From Dendrobates tinctorius (taxonomy: Eukaryota): 64,000 bases of DNA. Below, piece by piece: positions 39,287 through 54,189 of this stretch. A model generated the notes under the pieces. That model did no database searches and was not told where the DNA came from. It saw nothing but the letters and a program-made list of their open reading frames with translations. The position numbers were made by a program, and so were the translations under genes. The first letter of the stretch is position 1. Every line of letters begins with the position of its first letter. Location: positions 32,736,001 to 32,800,000 of the forward strand of contig NW_027361673.1 of the NCBI RefSeq assembly GCF_039654945.1. Direction: 5' to 3'.

Positions 39287-42128
39287 ATGTTTTGGTTTGG
39301 TTTTGTTGCATTATCTGTAATAATGGTAGCTGCGTGGGACAGTCTAAATTCTCCAATGTCCTTGAATAATAAGTTTATACAACATCATAAAAAATTACTG
39401 AATGATTGGTCAAATGACACTCAGTCTCCAGCAGATTGCTGGATCTGCACACATTCACCAGTATCAGCCACCAGTATTCCGTTCCTTGTTATTCCTGTGC
39501 CACCCAAGGAATTATTTGCCTGGACCAGTTGTTCTGATACACTTGCTAATAATGCCACAAATAATGTGAAGTTATGGAACACAACGGTTGGTATACCCAT
39601 TGTGGGATGGGTAGGATATCCCTGGTGGCAAGGTAACCTTTCAGGAAGTAGTACTCACCTTCAATATCTGGCATATAAGGGGGGGGCTTGGGTACCTAGG
39701 AATAGAACCCGGTTAACCTACTTGGGACAAGTTCCAACGTATGGTTTACAAGTTAGCTTTAATGTAACTTCCCATTCTACTGATGCCTTCAAACCAATGT
39801 TGCTAGAAAGAAAGTTACATAATATGTCATGAGAGTACTCCAATTTATTTCCCCAGGGCACTAACAAAACTTGTATTAATATTCCTGGTAATATGCCTTG
39901 TAACGAGTCCTCGGAATATAAGAAGGGAACCTCCCCTTGTGGAAACCCTGATGCAGGTTATTGTAGTCCTTTAGGACAATTTTCACCTTGGTGCATGCTC
40001 CAGAATGCATCTGCGTTCATAGATTTAGTTCATAGACTGGTACTACAACATTCAGCCCTATGGGACCTACCTAGTGACATGTACTGGGTATGTGGAGACA
40101 ATGCATATAAATGGTTGCCAGTAGGGGTAAAAGGTGCTTGTACTCTGGGTCGTTTGACTCCAGCTACCTTTGTTATTCCGAATGACCAGTTGAGTACTCA
40201 GAGCATACCTAAACACACGTTGTACAAAAGAGCTGCTGATAACACAGGTCAACGAAAAAAAATTTTTTTTCTGGTGTCCAAAATATTTTAATGAATTTGG
40301 GGTATTTTTGGGGTGCTGATTCTGAATATGTCATCAGTTTTGCCAGATTGGCTCAGGTTTTTGAGATTTTTGGTATCTTATTTATAGCACTTGTTGGTAA
40401 ATGCGACGCATCATCTCATTAATTTCTTTGGATTAGTACTTGAACTGAGCAGTTCTCAATATAGTTTTGTGTTAATTAGTGTTCTAAAAGTTTGTTCATA
40501 GCTTGATTTTTGCACTAACTTTATGTTGTTGTCTGTTTTCCAGTGAAAAGCATGAACTCATCATGAAGAAGTTGTCTTAACGATCCAGACTCATTCTGTT
40601 ACATTTGTGGTGAATATACACTGCCAAAACATAGAAGAAACATAACACACTTCGTAAAAAAAGTGTATTTTGCCTATTTTGGGGTTATGCTTGGGGACCA
40701 AGACAAGTTTTGGGCACCACACATAGTGTGCAAAGCATGTATCGAATTATTACGAAAATGGAGCAAAGGACAAAGAAAAAGCTTCAAATTTGGTGTTCCA
40801 ATGGTGTGGAGAGAGCCAAAAAATCATCATGATGACTGTTATTTCTGTGCAGTGCAAGTGCAAGGATTCAATAAGCATAAGAAACGAAAATGGGAGTAAC
40901 ATGGAATCTGCAAGAAGGCCTGTCCCTCATTGTGAAGATGTGCCTGTACCTGTGTTTACCATAAATAACAGTCATCATGATGATTTTTTGGCTCTCTCCA
41001 CACCATTGGAACACCAAATTTGAAGCTTTTTCTTTGTCCTTTGCTCCATTTTCGTAATAATTCGATACATGCTTTGCACACTATGTGTGGTGCCCAAAAC
41101 TTGTCTTGGTCCCCAAGCATAACCCCAAAATAGGCAAAATACACTTTTTTTACGAAGTCTGTTATGTTTCTTCTATGTTTTGGCAGTGTGTATTCACCAC
41201 AAATGTAACAGAATGAGTCTGGATCGTTAAGACAACTTCTTCTTGATGAGTTCATGCTTTTCACTGGAAAACAGACAACAACATAAAGTTAGTGCAAAAA
41301 TCAAGCTATGAACAAACTTTTAGAACACTAATTAACACAAAACTATATTGAGAACTGCTCAGTTCAAGTACTAATCCAAAGAAATTAATGAGATGATGCG
41401 TCGCATTTACCAACAAGTGCTATAAATAAGATACCAAAAATCTCAAAAACTTGAGCCAATCTGGCAAAACTGATGACATATTCAGAATCAGCACCCCAAA
41501 AATACCCTAAATTCGATGAAATATCTTTGGCACCAAAAATGCTGTTGACCAGTGTAATACACCTCGCCTCTCTGGAAGACCACACATAGTGCAGATGAGT
41601 GTGGCCAATAAAATTGTTAGCTCTATTTTTATCTACCCTATGATCACTCAAATGTGGGATAAATTAGTTAGAGCTACAGATTATTTAGATGACCAAATAT
41701 GGGATATATTGGATATACTGAACACCACTGTTGCTGTTCAAAATCAGCTTATCATAGTCACTAATCAGCATACCATAGTACTAGATTATTTAACTGCAGC
41801 ACAAGGAGGTATGTGTCAAGTCATCGGACCCGCTTGCTGTCATTATATAGATCCTGACAAAACTTTAAGATTAAAACTAAAATTAGAGGATGTTCAAAGA
41901 CTCAGAGATCAGTATGATAAAGACAATGATCGCAATAAAGATAGTTGGTGGTCAGATACCTTCTCCTTTTTGAATCCAGCCAATTGGTTTAAAGGTATAG
42001 GGGGTTGGATAGCTGGAATTATATTAAGCCTACTACGTATCTTTGTTTGTCTTTTCGTAATATATGTATTTTTAAAATTCGTTTTTTGGTGTTTAACTGT
42101 GTGTAAGAAAAGATACAGAAACAGATGA
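39287..42128 (+). pseudogene. env: ERV env (gamma-type) with TGA at 39830-39832 and a transposon just after the furin site
   Basis: Signal peptide, CWIC, LYKR, ISD-like NQHTIVLDYLTAAQGG, CX6CC, hydrophobic TM. Frame is restored when 40243-41557 is removed. Confidence 0.92.
40243..41554. mobile_element. Chapaev3-type (CMC superfamily) fold-back non-autonomous transposon
   Basis: CAC(A/T)GGTCAAC termini, TSD TAA. Both arms encode CLNDPDSFCYICG..CKAC..PMVWREP..HHDDCY, resembling the Chapaev transposase N-terminal Zn domain. Confidence 0.85.
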
Positions 42129-42678
42129 GAAAGATGAATTAATGACAGAACCCTTACCAAAGTTGATAATTGTTTCCTTTAAGTCTTAGGTTGACATCTC
42201 ATTTCTGACATGAAGGAGCGTACTCTTGTGATGACAGACGTGGCCTTAGTAACTGGGGGATGGAGAGGGTAAAAGAAGATATCTGTCTCCCTCGGGCAAC
42301 CCGTCGGCCTGGGATAGTACCTGGTGAATAGGACACTATCAGCTGTCATTACAGGATCCAGTATTCCAGATTGTGAAGAATGAAGATGTCAAAGGGGGGA
42401 CTGATAGGAACTGAAGGAGTTAAATTGAGTTCTGTCTATGTTGTATTTTCTTGTTTAGACTCATCTTACCTGTTCCCTTGAGAACTAAAACCAGATAACA
42501 GATGAATTCCTGTTTTTCAGCCTACGTGGCTTCCTCTGTCTTGTTGAAACCAGTTGTGAAATTGTTTTATACTACGCATGTCTGTAAATGTTTAACTTCT
42601 TTGCTATAAAGAATGGAAACCTAACTGATAAGCCAGAGGCGTCTCAGCAGGCTTCCCGAGTTGTACAATTCAGCGTAA

Positions 42679-43084
42679 AGGGGGTTTTACACTAAGCGAT
42701 ATCGCTAGCAATATCGCTAAAACGTCACTGGTTTTGTGACGTTATAGCGATATTGCTAGCGATATCGCTATGTGTGATACTTACCAGCGACCGGCTCCCC
42801 CGCTGTCCATCGCTGATCGCGCGAGAATGTCCGGCTCCATTTCTCGTCGGGCGCTTCCTGCTGAGACTTCCTGCTGTGACGACGAGCGACGCTGGACGCG
42901 GGCGGGAGGACGCCAGGATCGCTGTGTGTGAAAGGTGAGTATCGTGCGCTGCGTCGCTGCTGCATCGCTGTGAGATCTTTCTGTATGAAAGCTCACTAGC
43001 GATCATTTAGCGATGCACCAGCGATCCTGACCGGGTCGGATCGCTGGTTGGATCGCTGGTGCATCGCTAAATGTAAAAGGGCCT
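42679..43084. mobile_element. PIF/Harbinger-like MITE in the ERV 3' LTR
   Basis: The empty site CAGCG-TAA-GTCTG is visible in the 5' LTR, which fixes a TAA TSD. Termini AGGGGGTTTTACA / TGTAAAAGGGCCT. Confidence 0.9.
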
Positions 43085-44650
43085 TAAGTCTGTGTTATTC
43101 TTCTCGACGGAGCAATCAATTAGAGACATATGGTGTCTCACACCCAAGAACATCGGTCCTTCAGGTGAAAGAGGTACTCTGAGGGATCCCGACACTGTGT
43201 TACCTAGAACCCCCAGTAGTGTATCCAGTACATTACCCACTACACCAGTATTACACAGGTCTACCCGCAGTACACAAAGGGGTACCACCCATCAGATATC
43301 GTATATAAGTAAATGTAAATGTTGAAATTGTGTATGTGTAAATATATAACTGTTTTTCATGTTTTGTGCCTACAGGTAACCTGTAAGAGTTTCCTTTGAA
43401 TTTTCCCGTTTTGTTTTATGGACATTGTACCACAGGACTTGTGTGGTCACCAACTTGTAAATATTTCACCATTTGCCCAGGAATGGACCATGGACATTGA
43501 TGCTTGGACTTATCATCATAGGACCATTTTTGAAGCTTTTGGTTTTTGTATCTTTTTAATTTTTAAATCTTGTGCAATTATTATTGTCTAACTGTTTATA
43601 TGTTCATATTTTTGTTCAGCCGGGGGAATGTGGCGCCCCCAGGAGTATGGCCGCCACAGTGGCTTTGCCTTCCTCCAGGGGATGGTAATGCCAGGCTTGG
43701 AGGCGATGATGGGTCTCTCTCGCAGTCAATCCATACATGCAACACAGTTCCACTCCAGGCCAGCAGGGGGAACTCTGAACCGGAATTAAGGGGAGGAGTG
43801 CTCTCTGAGGGCCAAGAGGAAGGGGTGGTCAGTTAGTCTGCGGAGGGTGAAGTGTGCAGACGTGTAGAGAGAAGCTGGAGGTTGAGCTGGGAAAGGAGAG
43901 CTCCCTCACAGTGAGCGCATGAACTGGAACCTGGTCTCCACGGTTGTACGGATACTAACGGTCCTGCAACAGACACCAGAGGAGTAGGAGGCTGTAAATG
44001 CCCTGCTCCCATCTAAGACTTGAGGGCACAACAGCAGCTTGGATAGTGAGCCAGGACTCAAGAGCGAGGAGTCCCCGAGAGAGGCTACAGCTGTCTGCCG
44101 TGCAAGTAAGGTTCTTGAGAACATCTGACAGGAGGAACTTCAGTGTAACTCGGTACTAGGAGTACTTCATTCAAACAAGCGCTAGGAAGGAGACTGCACT
44201 GCCCGTCTGCTGAGAGAGAATCCCTGAGTTGCTTCCAGGCTAGCCTGCTCCGTTAGCATCTGTAATCAGGACCCTGGACTTCAGTTATCAAGTAAAGGTA
44301 CAGAAATTGCACCCCGCTGTGTCTTGTCTGCTTCCTACCCTTATGGCACTGCTACATCCCCGTGCCAACCACCTCTACACTTCCCTGGGACTATAGCTTC
44401 ACCTGTGGGGAGCTTTTACATCCATGCTGCACCCTACCATCAGTCCCAGCGGATCTGCATGCAGCGTCGGCTTAACACCTCTCTTGCCGAGCACCACAGG
44501 TGGTGTCACGAACTATTCCATTCCTTTACCTACATTCCCCCATTACTTGGGTACCCAGGGCCACAGACCGGGTCACCGCTGCTGTGACACATTCCCCTGA
44601 CACCTGCCCGGTACCGAGTGCTCCACAGCCCTGGGAGGGCGACCCACTAT

Positions 44651-44980
44651 GATGCTCCTGATAGTAGGTGCTCTACGGTACGTTATTCCAAGATTTCTTG
44701 GGAGGATTTTACTGAGGACAGGGTCATCAAGTAGGATGTACCAATTTTTCTGTAAAACCTCGCGGATTTCCTTGTGTTGATTGCTATATTCAGTTATAAA
44801 ATTCATGCAGAATTTATTATCAGTACCATTTTAAACATTATTCTCTAACAGCGCTGTCTGTTTCAATTTCATAGAATTTTTATAGGCTTGTTTTACCAGA
44901 TGTGAGGGATATTTCTGGGTTAAAAATTTTTTTCTGAGAATAGCAGACTGGTGTTTAAAATCAGTATCAGTGGTACAATT
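44651..44980 (-). pseudogene. PLE-2 RT-thumb/linker fragment
   Basis: NCTTDTDF..QSAILRKKFLTQKYP and FITEYS...LQKNWYILLDDPVL align by eye to the PLE-1 ORF. Disrupted near 44831. Confidence 0.85.
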
Positions 44981-45283
44981 GTCAGGCGGCACATCTGGAG
45001 GCAGCTGAGGCATATCTTTAGGAGTTCGTGTCCAAGATTTGCTTTTCTTGCTCAGTATATAGATGTTTTTTAATTTTCCTTATATTTTTTTTTCCTTTTG
45101 TTCAACAACCTGTGAAATTAAAATAGACATGTCAATATAAGAACAGCTTCTAACTATTACTATGAATTATTATACTGTCTGCTAACTATGAACTTTGACA
45201 TGTGTCATCTGACTGTTTGGAGCTCATTTTTTTTAAAATCTGTGTGTACGTAATGCACCACCTATGTATGCTTCATGTGGTAT

Positions 45284-45325
45284 TTCCTGAAGAAGAGGTT
45301 GCAAAAAACCTTGAAACGCGTAGAA
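45284..45325 (+). ncRNA. Hammerhead ribozyme of PLE-2 (inverted arm)
   Basis: TTC-CTGAAGA-AGAGGTT(GCAAAA)AACCTT-GAAA-CGCG-TA-GAA, canonical CUGANGA core. Confidence 0.85.
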
Positions 45326-46043
45326 TAAACCACTGTCAAACTTTATTAACCTTCTGGAATTTCATCATTTGAGCAGCGTAGACAAAATCCATGTATTCTT
45401 TTGCAGAGCTCTGTTTCAGATAGTCGGTGACCGACTTGTGGATCTGCAGCAGCCCTTATCTATACATGCTTTGAATACCTACTACCAGGTGAGCAGTTTT
45501 TTGTCAAACCGCTTACTTTATTTGTGGGATAAGACCCTATATTGCGCTTGTGTCTCCCTCTTTCCTCACAATAATAGGCAAGGGGAGGGGATATGGGTTC
45601 AGCCCAGAAGGCAAGGGGGGAGTGACCCAAAGGGGATAAAGGCTAGTGTAAGGCCTTGTGGTCCCTCTCTCTGTGATGCATGCTGTCCATTTCTAAAGGG
45701 GATCATGTCGAGTAACATGCTGAGAAGGGACCAAGCTCATGCCCCCTGCAGCCCAGCACACACATTTTTTGAACATCAACCCAGTAATTGACATGACCCA
45801 TCTGCTTCTATCTTTTGTCCTACCACTATTGTATTTGCATATCTGATGATAGTATATGTATAACCATAGTGTATATAGTGTATGGTCTAGTGTGTCCTTA
45901 AGGTGATTAAATATATAATTTAACCTTGGCCTGCTCTTTTATCTTGATCCACAAATCCACACATCTGTATTCTCGGTTTAACTTTCCACACTACCTGAGC
46001 TGATTTCTGTCTCGATATAATCCCATTAATGAACCAGACTTAA

Positions 46044-46610
46044 GGCCCTGTCACACACAGCGATCTCGCTAGCGAGATCCCTGACTTTGTAACGCCACAG
46101 CAATCTCACCAGCGAGATCGCTGTGTGTGACGGGGATCAGTGGCCGGCCCCACCGCCGGGTATCGCTGATTGTGCACTATTGTCCTGGGCCATTTTTTGA
46201 TCGTTGCTCTCCTGCTGGCCAGCGCGCATCGCTGCTTGTGGCAGCGGGAGCCAACGATCAGTGAGGCTCCCAGCGCTCTAAGCAGGCGCTGGGAGCTGGT
46301 ATCTAAGGTAAATATTGGGTTACTAAGCGGCGCGCATCACTTAGTTACCCAATGTGTGCCTTAGAAACCTGCGTGCTCGCAGCTCCCGGCGCGAGCACGC
46401 AGGTTTCTAAGGTACACATCGGGTAACTAAGTGACGCGCGTCGCTTAGTAAACCGATATTTACCTTAGATACCAGTGTCCTTGCTGGTGCTGATCGCTGG
46501 TGAAGCTGCCTGTTTGGCAGCTCATCAGCGATCATGTAGCGATGCACCAGCGATCCTGACAATGTATCGTTGCCGAGATCGCTGGTGCATCTTTACGTGT
46601 AACGGTACCC
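46044..46610. mobile_element. Harbinger-like palindromic MITE
   Basis: TAA on both flanks, AGCGAT/ATCGCT repeats, similar to 2113-2682. Confidence 0.78.
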
Positions 46611-46615
46611 TAACA

Positions 46616-48370
<1,755 letters not shown>

Positions 48371-51300
48371 TGTGAGTTCTAAATGTTGGTTTGGAAAGTT
48401 GTTTTCTCAACACAACCAACTTCTCCTGATGCCCTTCTAGAAGTGCATATGAATGATATAGAGGGTAATTCCTAACTTGGGCACAATGGAAAATTGATCT
48501 GTAAGGAGGGGGCTGTAATATATCATTCCCTAGAGACAGTAATAATTGACATTGCTCTATCAATTGACTCATTTATTCAAACTGCTTCTATTGTTTGGTG
48601 AGTATAATAAGAGCTCTTTTTTGTGTTATGCAGAGTACATTTGGAACTTATCTTCAGCATTCTAGAATACTGTATATGAGGGCTTATAGGTGCTGGCCCT
48701 ACTTTTATATTGGAAAAACCTGGTGACAGGTTTCCTTTAATCCCTTTATGACCTTGACCGCATAGGTACACCCAAGGTTGTCTCCCTGCCTTTGATGTGG
48801 GCTCCACTGCCGAGCCCACATATTTTCCAGCACATGACAGCTGATTTAATCAGCTGATTTAATCAGCTGTCAAGTGCCTCTAACAGCCACAGGTGGAATC
48901 TCTGACAGCGGCATTTAACTTGCACAAATCGGATGTGCATCGTAAAACACGTCCATTGGCGCCATTGTCACGTGATTGCGGGGCACCGATGGGTTGTCCT
49001 CATAGCCGGAGATCTGCAAAAGAGAACATCCTGTCATTAAAAACCTCCTATGAATGCTGCCTCATAGCAGGCGTTCATAGGCGATCAGCATTTATGATTT
49101 GGATTATCGCATCTTCAAGCCTCCTAAGCAGACTATTGAAGCAAGTAAAAAGTAAAAAAAACAAGTGTTTTAAAAATATAAAATTTTTTTAAAAAGTTCC
49201 AATCACCACCCTTTGCCCCATTCAAAATAAAGCAATAAAAAAATATACACATGTTTGGTATCACTGAGTACAGAAATGTTTGATCTATCAAAATATAAAG
49301 TAAATTAATCCAATCAATAAATGGCATAAAGAGAACAAAAATCTAAACGCTAGAATTATGTTTTTTTGATTTCCGTAACAGTCCAATGAAATACAATAAC
49401 AAGCAATCAAAACATTGTATCTACCCCAAAATGTTATCAATAAAAACGTCAGCTCAGCGCGCAAAATGTAAGTGGGTCGCCCGCCAGGGCCCTGGGGTAC
49501 TCGGGGGCCGGGCCCGTTGATGTTAATAGGAGATGTCACAGTGGCAGTGACCCGGTCCGTGGCCCTGGGCATCCATGTAAAAGGGGTAGAGTTATGGGGA
49601 TAATGTCATTGAGATGATTCGTGATGCCACCTGTGGTTTCTGGTCAGGTTGACCAGCGCTGCAGGGATGCTTCTCTGGGACAGATGGTGTGGCGCAGCAA
49701 TGATGGTGTAGCCCTCCACAGGTAGGGCTGTAGTCCCAGGGCAGTGTAGATGGAGAGATAGTGAGGAGAGCGTAATGGTGCAGTGTTAAGCACAGAGATG
49801 TAGCAGTGCTGAGTGGGTTGGCGCAGGAATAAGCGGAGGACACCAGGGCATGTAGTTCCAAAGCTTTACTCACAGTCTGTTGTGCATACAGGTGCCTGCA
49901 TCAGTGCCGTGTCCTCCAGGTCAGGGGCTCAGCCAACCTCCAGGCAAGATGAAGTACTCCGTTCCAACACTCTGCCAACATATTCCTTTCCTGAACGTCT
50001 CCTTTCTAGCGCTTGTAATGAAGTACTTGTGGTTGTGTGTTAAACCTAAGTTCCTCCTTTAAGATGTTCCTTTGAACTCTACTTGTACGGCAGACAGCTG
50101 TAGCCTGCTTCGGGGACTCCTCGCTACTAAGTCCCGACTCACTCACGTTGCTGTTGTGCCCCCAAGTCTTGTGTGGGAATAAAGTTGTGACAACTTCTAT
50201 TCCTCAGGTGTCTGCTGCAGGACCATTAGTATCCATACAACCTCGGGGACCGGACCCCGGCCATGCGCTTAGAACTTGAGGAAGGGTTCCACTCCGACCC
50301 TAGTCTTTAGTTCTCTTCTTCTCCTTACGTTCCGCACCAAACTATCTTCCTTTTGGAGAATCAGGCTTTCTATATCTCTTTCCCGTGCCAGCAGCTCCAG
50401 GTCACAGGAGACTGCTGCAGCACCTCCTTCCATCCATCCCACTCAGGGGATCTCCTCTCACCGACTGACCTAGTCCTAATCATCTCCCGCTCACTTGTGC
50501 AGCTAAGTTCCACCCACCTCCCAGCACTCTTCGTGTTTCAAGCAGGGAGCCACCAAAGGTGCTTTGCTACACTACTATGTTGTGTGGGATGCAGGTGTTG
50601 GAGTGTGGTCAGGTGTCTCCACCTTACCTGGATGGTGGGGAACCACACCTCAGGAGGAGGTGCAGTACCTCTGTGGCGACTGAACTCTCAGAGGCGCCAC
50701 ATACACCCCCCCCGTTAAACACAGCACGTCCGCGGGCTGCAAGTGAAACAAAGATATTACAAAAGGAACATACAACATTTTTAAAATGCTTGATAAACAA
50801 TTCTTAAACTAAACTTCCCAATATGGGAGGCATTGACTCTTGAACATTGCAGAACAATTTAACAGACTATCACTTAACATATTACCTAATTTAAAGTGCT
50901 ATTAAAAGGAATCAAGGCTTAATAAGTTTACTACCTATTCAAGTATCAATCTTCAACACATTTTCCTTTTGTCATTCACATTTTCACATTCTACTGTCTC
51001 TGCTAGACCATGGGTGACAACCACTAACTCCTGGTTCGTCACCGGAATTCAAAATTTTTTATTCAAAGTTTCACACCTTTATTAAAACATCACTATGAGG
51101 CTAAACTCTGTAGAAAATCTATTCTATTGCTATAACTATACTCTATTGCTATTAATACTTTTATCAAAGGCTATAACTACAACCTATTCTTATAAAATAA
51201 ATGCTTTTACTATTAATACTAAACATTATTTATTAAGACATTAGGTATGATTATTCTTGAGTGGTGTTGACACTGGTCCAGCCAGGATGTCTTGCAATGT

Positions 51301-52134
51301 CCTTATGGTCCTTATGGTGGGAGCAGAACTCCAAGTCTGAGGTAGTCCTTATTGAAGAAGGTTTATGTAAAACCAAGAGAGGGCACCCTAAAAGGCGCAA
51401 CTATTTACAAGAGAGTTTGTGATTCACTTCAAGTTCATGATCACTGCAGTTTTTATTTCAACAACACTAATGCCAACTAATGCACAATCGAAGAAAACAT
51501 GATAACCAACTGGGGCACAACGGTGCCAATACCCTCCTGGGTAACAGTTTAAACTATTCAGTTTGTTGCAGTCATTTTTGGATGCTTCCTTATTGGTGGT
51601 CTCCTCAGGGGTGAACCTAGCCTCTCTGCTGCCTGAGGCGAACAGCAAAATGACGCCCCCCCCCACACACACACACACACAGTAAATTCTCATATCTATC
51701 CTGTAAAACGGAGTACAGTAGTGGACATTTTGATTTAGATAAATAGAAAAAAAAGGTGTCCAAACACAAGGATGTCAGCGCCATCACACGCACATAGAAG
51801 AACAACACGTAAGTATCCAGAACAAGGGTCAATAATGGCAATGGTAGGCCTGCCACAGGGCCAGACTGGGACAAAAATGCAGCCCTGCCACACAAATCCC
51901 ACCAGCCCACAAACTATAACACTCCTCACCCCGATCAGTGAATTTTTGCTATACTTTGTTGTCCCCTCATCACTATCTTTAAGGAGTTATTTGAAGAGCC
52001 ACATGTGAATGGCACCACAGTGCGTATGACTGACCACAGCTCCATTTACATGGTGCTCTTCAAAGCTATGTTTCCCAGGATCATGGGGGTCCCAGCGGTC
52101 AGATCCACAACAAACAAAGTCATCCCCTATACCC

Positions 52135-53287
52135 ACATAATGCTCCATACAGTATTATGTGCCACATATATTACTTCGTACAGTATAATGGGCCCCATAT
52201 AATGCTCCATACAGTATAATGGGCCCCATATATTACTTCATACAGTATAATGGGCCCCATATAATGCTTCAAACAGTATAATGGGCCCCATATATTACTT
52301 CGTACAGTATAATGGGCCCCATATAATGCTCCATACAGTATAATGGGCCCCATATATTACTTCATACAGTATAATGGGCACCATATATTACTTCATACAG
52401 TATAATGGGCACCATATATTACTTCATACAGTATATTGGGCCCCATATATTACTGCATACAGTATAATGGGCACCATATATTACTGCATACAGTATAATG
52501 GGCACCATATATTACTGCATACAGTATAATGGGCACCATATATTACTTCATACAGTATAATGGGCACCATATATTACTTCATACAGTATAATGGGCACCA
52601 TATATTACTTCATACAGTATATTGGGCCCCATATATTACTGCATACAGTATAATGGGCACCATATATTACTGCATACAGTATAATGGGCACCATATATTA
52701 CTTCCTACAGTATAATGTGCCCCATATATTACTTCGTACAGTATAATGGGCCCCATATAATGCTCCATACAGTATCATGGGCACCATATATTACTTCATA
52801 CAGTATAATGGGCACCATATATTACTTCATACAGTATAATGGGCACCATATATTACTTCATACAGTATATTGGGCCCCATATATTACTGCATACAGTATA
52901 ATGGGCACCATATATTACTGCATACAGTATAATGGGCACCATATATTACTTCCTACAGTATAATGTGCCCCATATATTACTTCATACAGTATAATGGGCA
53001 CCATATATTACTTCATACAGTATAATGGGCACCATATATTACTTCATATAGTATAATGGGCACCATATATCACTTCATACAGTATAATGGGCCCCATATA
53101 TTACTTCATACAGTGTAATGGGCACCATATATTACTTCATACAATATAATGGGCACCATATATTACTTCATACAGTATAATGGGCACCATATATTACTTC
53201 ATACAGTATAATGGTCCCCATATATTACTTCATACAGCATAATGGGCACCATATATTACTTCATACAATATAATGGGCCCCATATAA
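52135..53287. repeat. 31-bp minisatellite (CATATATTACTTCATACAGTATAATGGGCAC)
   Basis: Direct tandem units, period 31. Confidence 0.95.
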
Positions 53288-53568
53288 TTCTTCTCCCCAA
53301 ACCCCGCTGCTCTGGTCTCCTCAGTGTATTCTGATCCTCCGCAGTGCTTGGCAGAGACATCATTAACTACGTATATAATTGTCCACTTGGACTGATAGTA
53401 ATAGTGATTTGTTTGTACTCTGTTGTCTGGGGCTGGCCCACTTTATGGGGGTGCGCAGGGCATATGATTATACACCAGTAAAAAGTATGAGAGGCTCAAT
53501 ATGACCAGTGCCACCTAGTTTCCTACCCCTCTTATTGTACTGGTACTGTGGGAACACTGACTGGTACT

Positions 53569-53790
53569 GAGAAAAAGAAAGAAAGAAAGAACAGAGAGAA
53601 AAAAAAAACAGAGAAAGAAAGAAAGAACAAAGAGAGAAAGAAAGAGGGGAAAGAAAGACGAGAGACAGAGAGAAAGAAAGAGGGGAAAGAAAGAAAGAAA
53701 GAAAGAAAGAAAGAAGAAAGAAGGAAAGAAAGAAAGAACCGAGAGAAAAAAAAGAAAGATTAGAGAGATAAAGAAACAGAGAGAGAAAGA
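53569..53790. repeat. (GAAA)n-type purine repeat
   Basis: Direct observation. Confidence 0.9.
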
Positions 53791-54189
53791 TTCTATAAAG
53801 ATACTATAGCAGCCCGGCTCCCACTATAGTGCCCACCTGAGCCTCCCGATGCAGGACATATCATGATCTGCTTACATGGCCGGCAACCCCGAGTCCAAGG
53901 CGATCCTGCTGTCCGTGCTGTTGGAGGAGGACACGGTGATGGATCTGAAACATTCCCTGAAGTGCCTCCATGGTTCCGTCACAATCTCCTCCCGAAATTA
54001 CCTAATTTCCGTTCAGCTTCTAGCACATCACTTCCAGTAGAACGTCACGTGCGAATTTTAAAGTACTCTACGGGGGTCTGCCGTGTACTCCTGTGTCAGC
54101 GGGAAAAGTAAGCTCCCAGCCGGGGCAGTGGGACAGAATCTCCCTCAAAATCGGGACTGTCCTGCAGGGAGGTATGAATGCTCCCCACC

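Larger units (their letters stand above)
32871..43194 (+). mobile_element. Endogenous retrovirus, class I (epsilon/gamma-like); LTRs 32871-33254 and 42402-43194
   Basis: 384-bp LTRs with one visible difference once the MITE is removed. TSD CTGT, PPT AAAGGGGGGA, degenerate tRNA-Lys(UUU)-like PBS at 33261-33279, gag-pol-env. Confidence 0.95.
26556..44646 (+). mobile_element. Full-length decayed Gypsy/Ty3 LTR retrotransposon (LTRs 26556-27573 and 43629-44646)
   Basis: 1018-bp TG..CA LTRs (~3% different by eye), 4-bp TSD CTAT, PBS, PPT GGGGGAA, order gag-PR-RT-RH-IN. Confidence 0.95.
24594..45573 (-). mobile_element. Second, older, 5'-truncated PLE with inverted pseudo-LTR arm, split by an 18-kb Gypsy
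   Basis: TSD ATAGGCAAGGGGAG at 24582-24595 and 45574-45587. 24594-25029 is an inverted repeat of 44977-45411. Confidence 0.88.

Noticed and set aside
45588-46040. Possible old LTR hosting PLE-2 (with ~23860-24580)
   Set aside because: Could not establish TG..CA ends or a TSD by eye.
52135-53287. CRISPR-like regular array
   Set aside because: Contiguous 31-bp units with no unique spacers, no cas genes, eukaryotic context.
53548-53763. Lys/Glu/Arg-rich ORF
   Set aside because: Translation of the (GAAA)n repeat.
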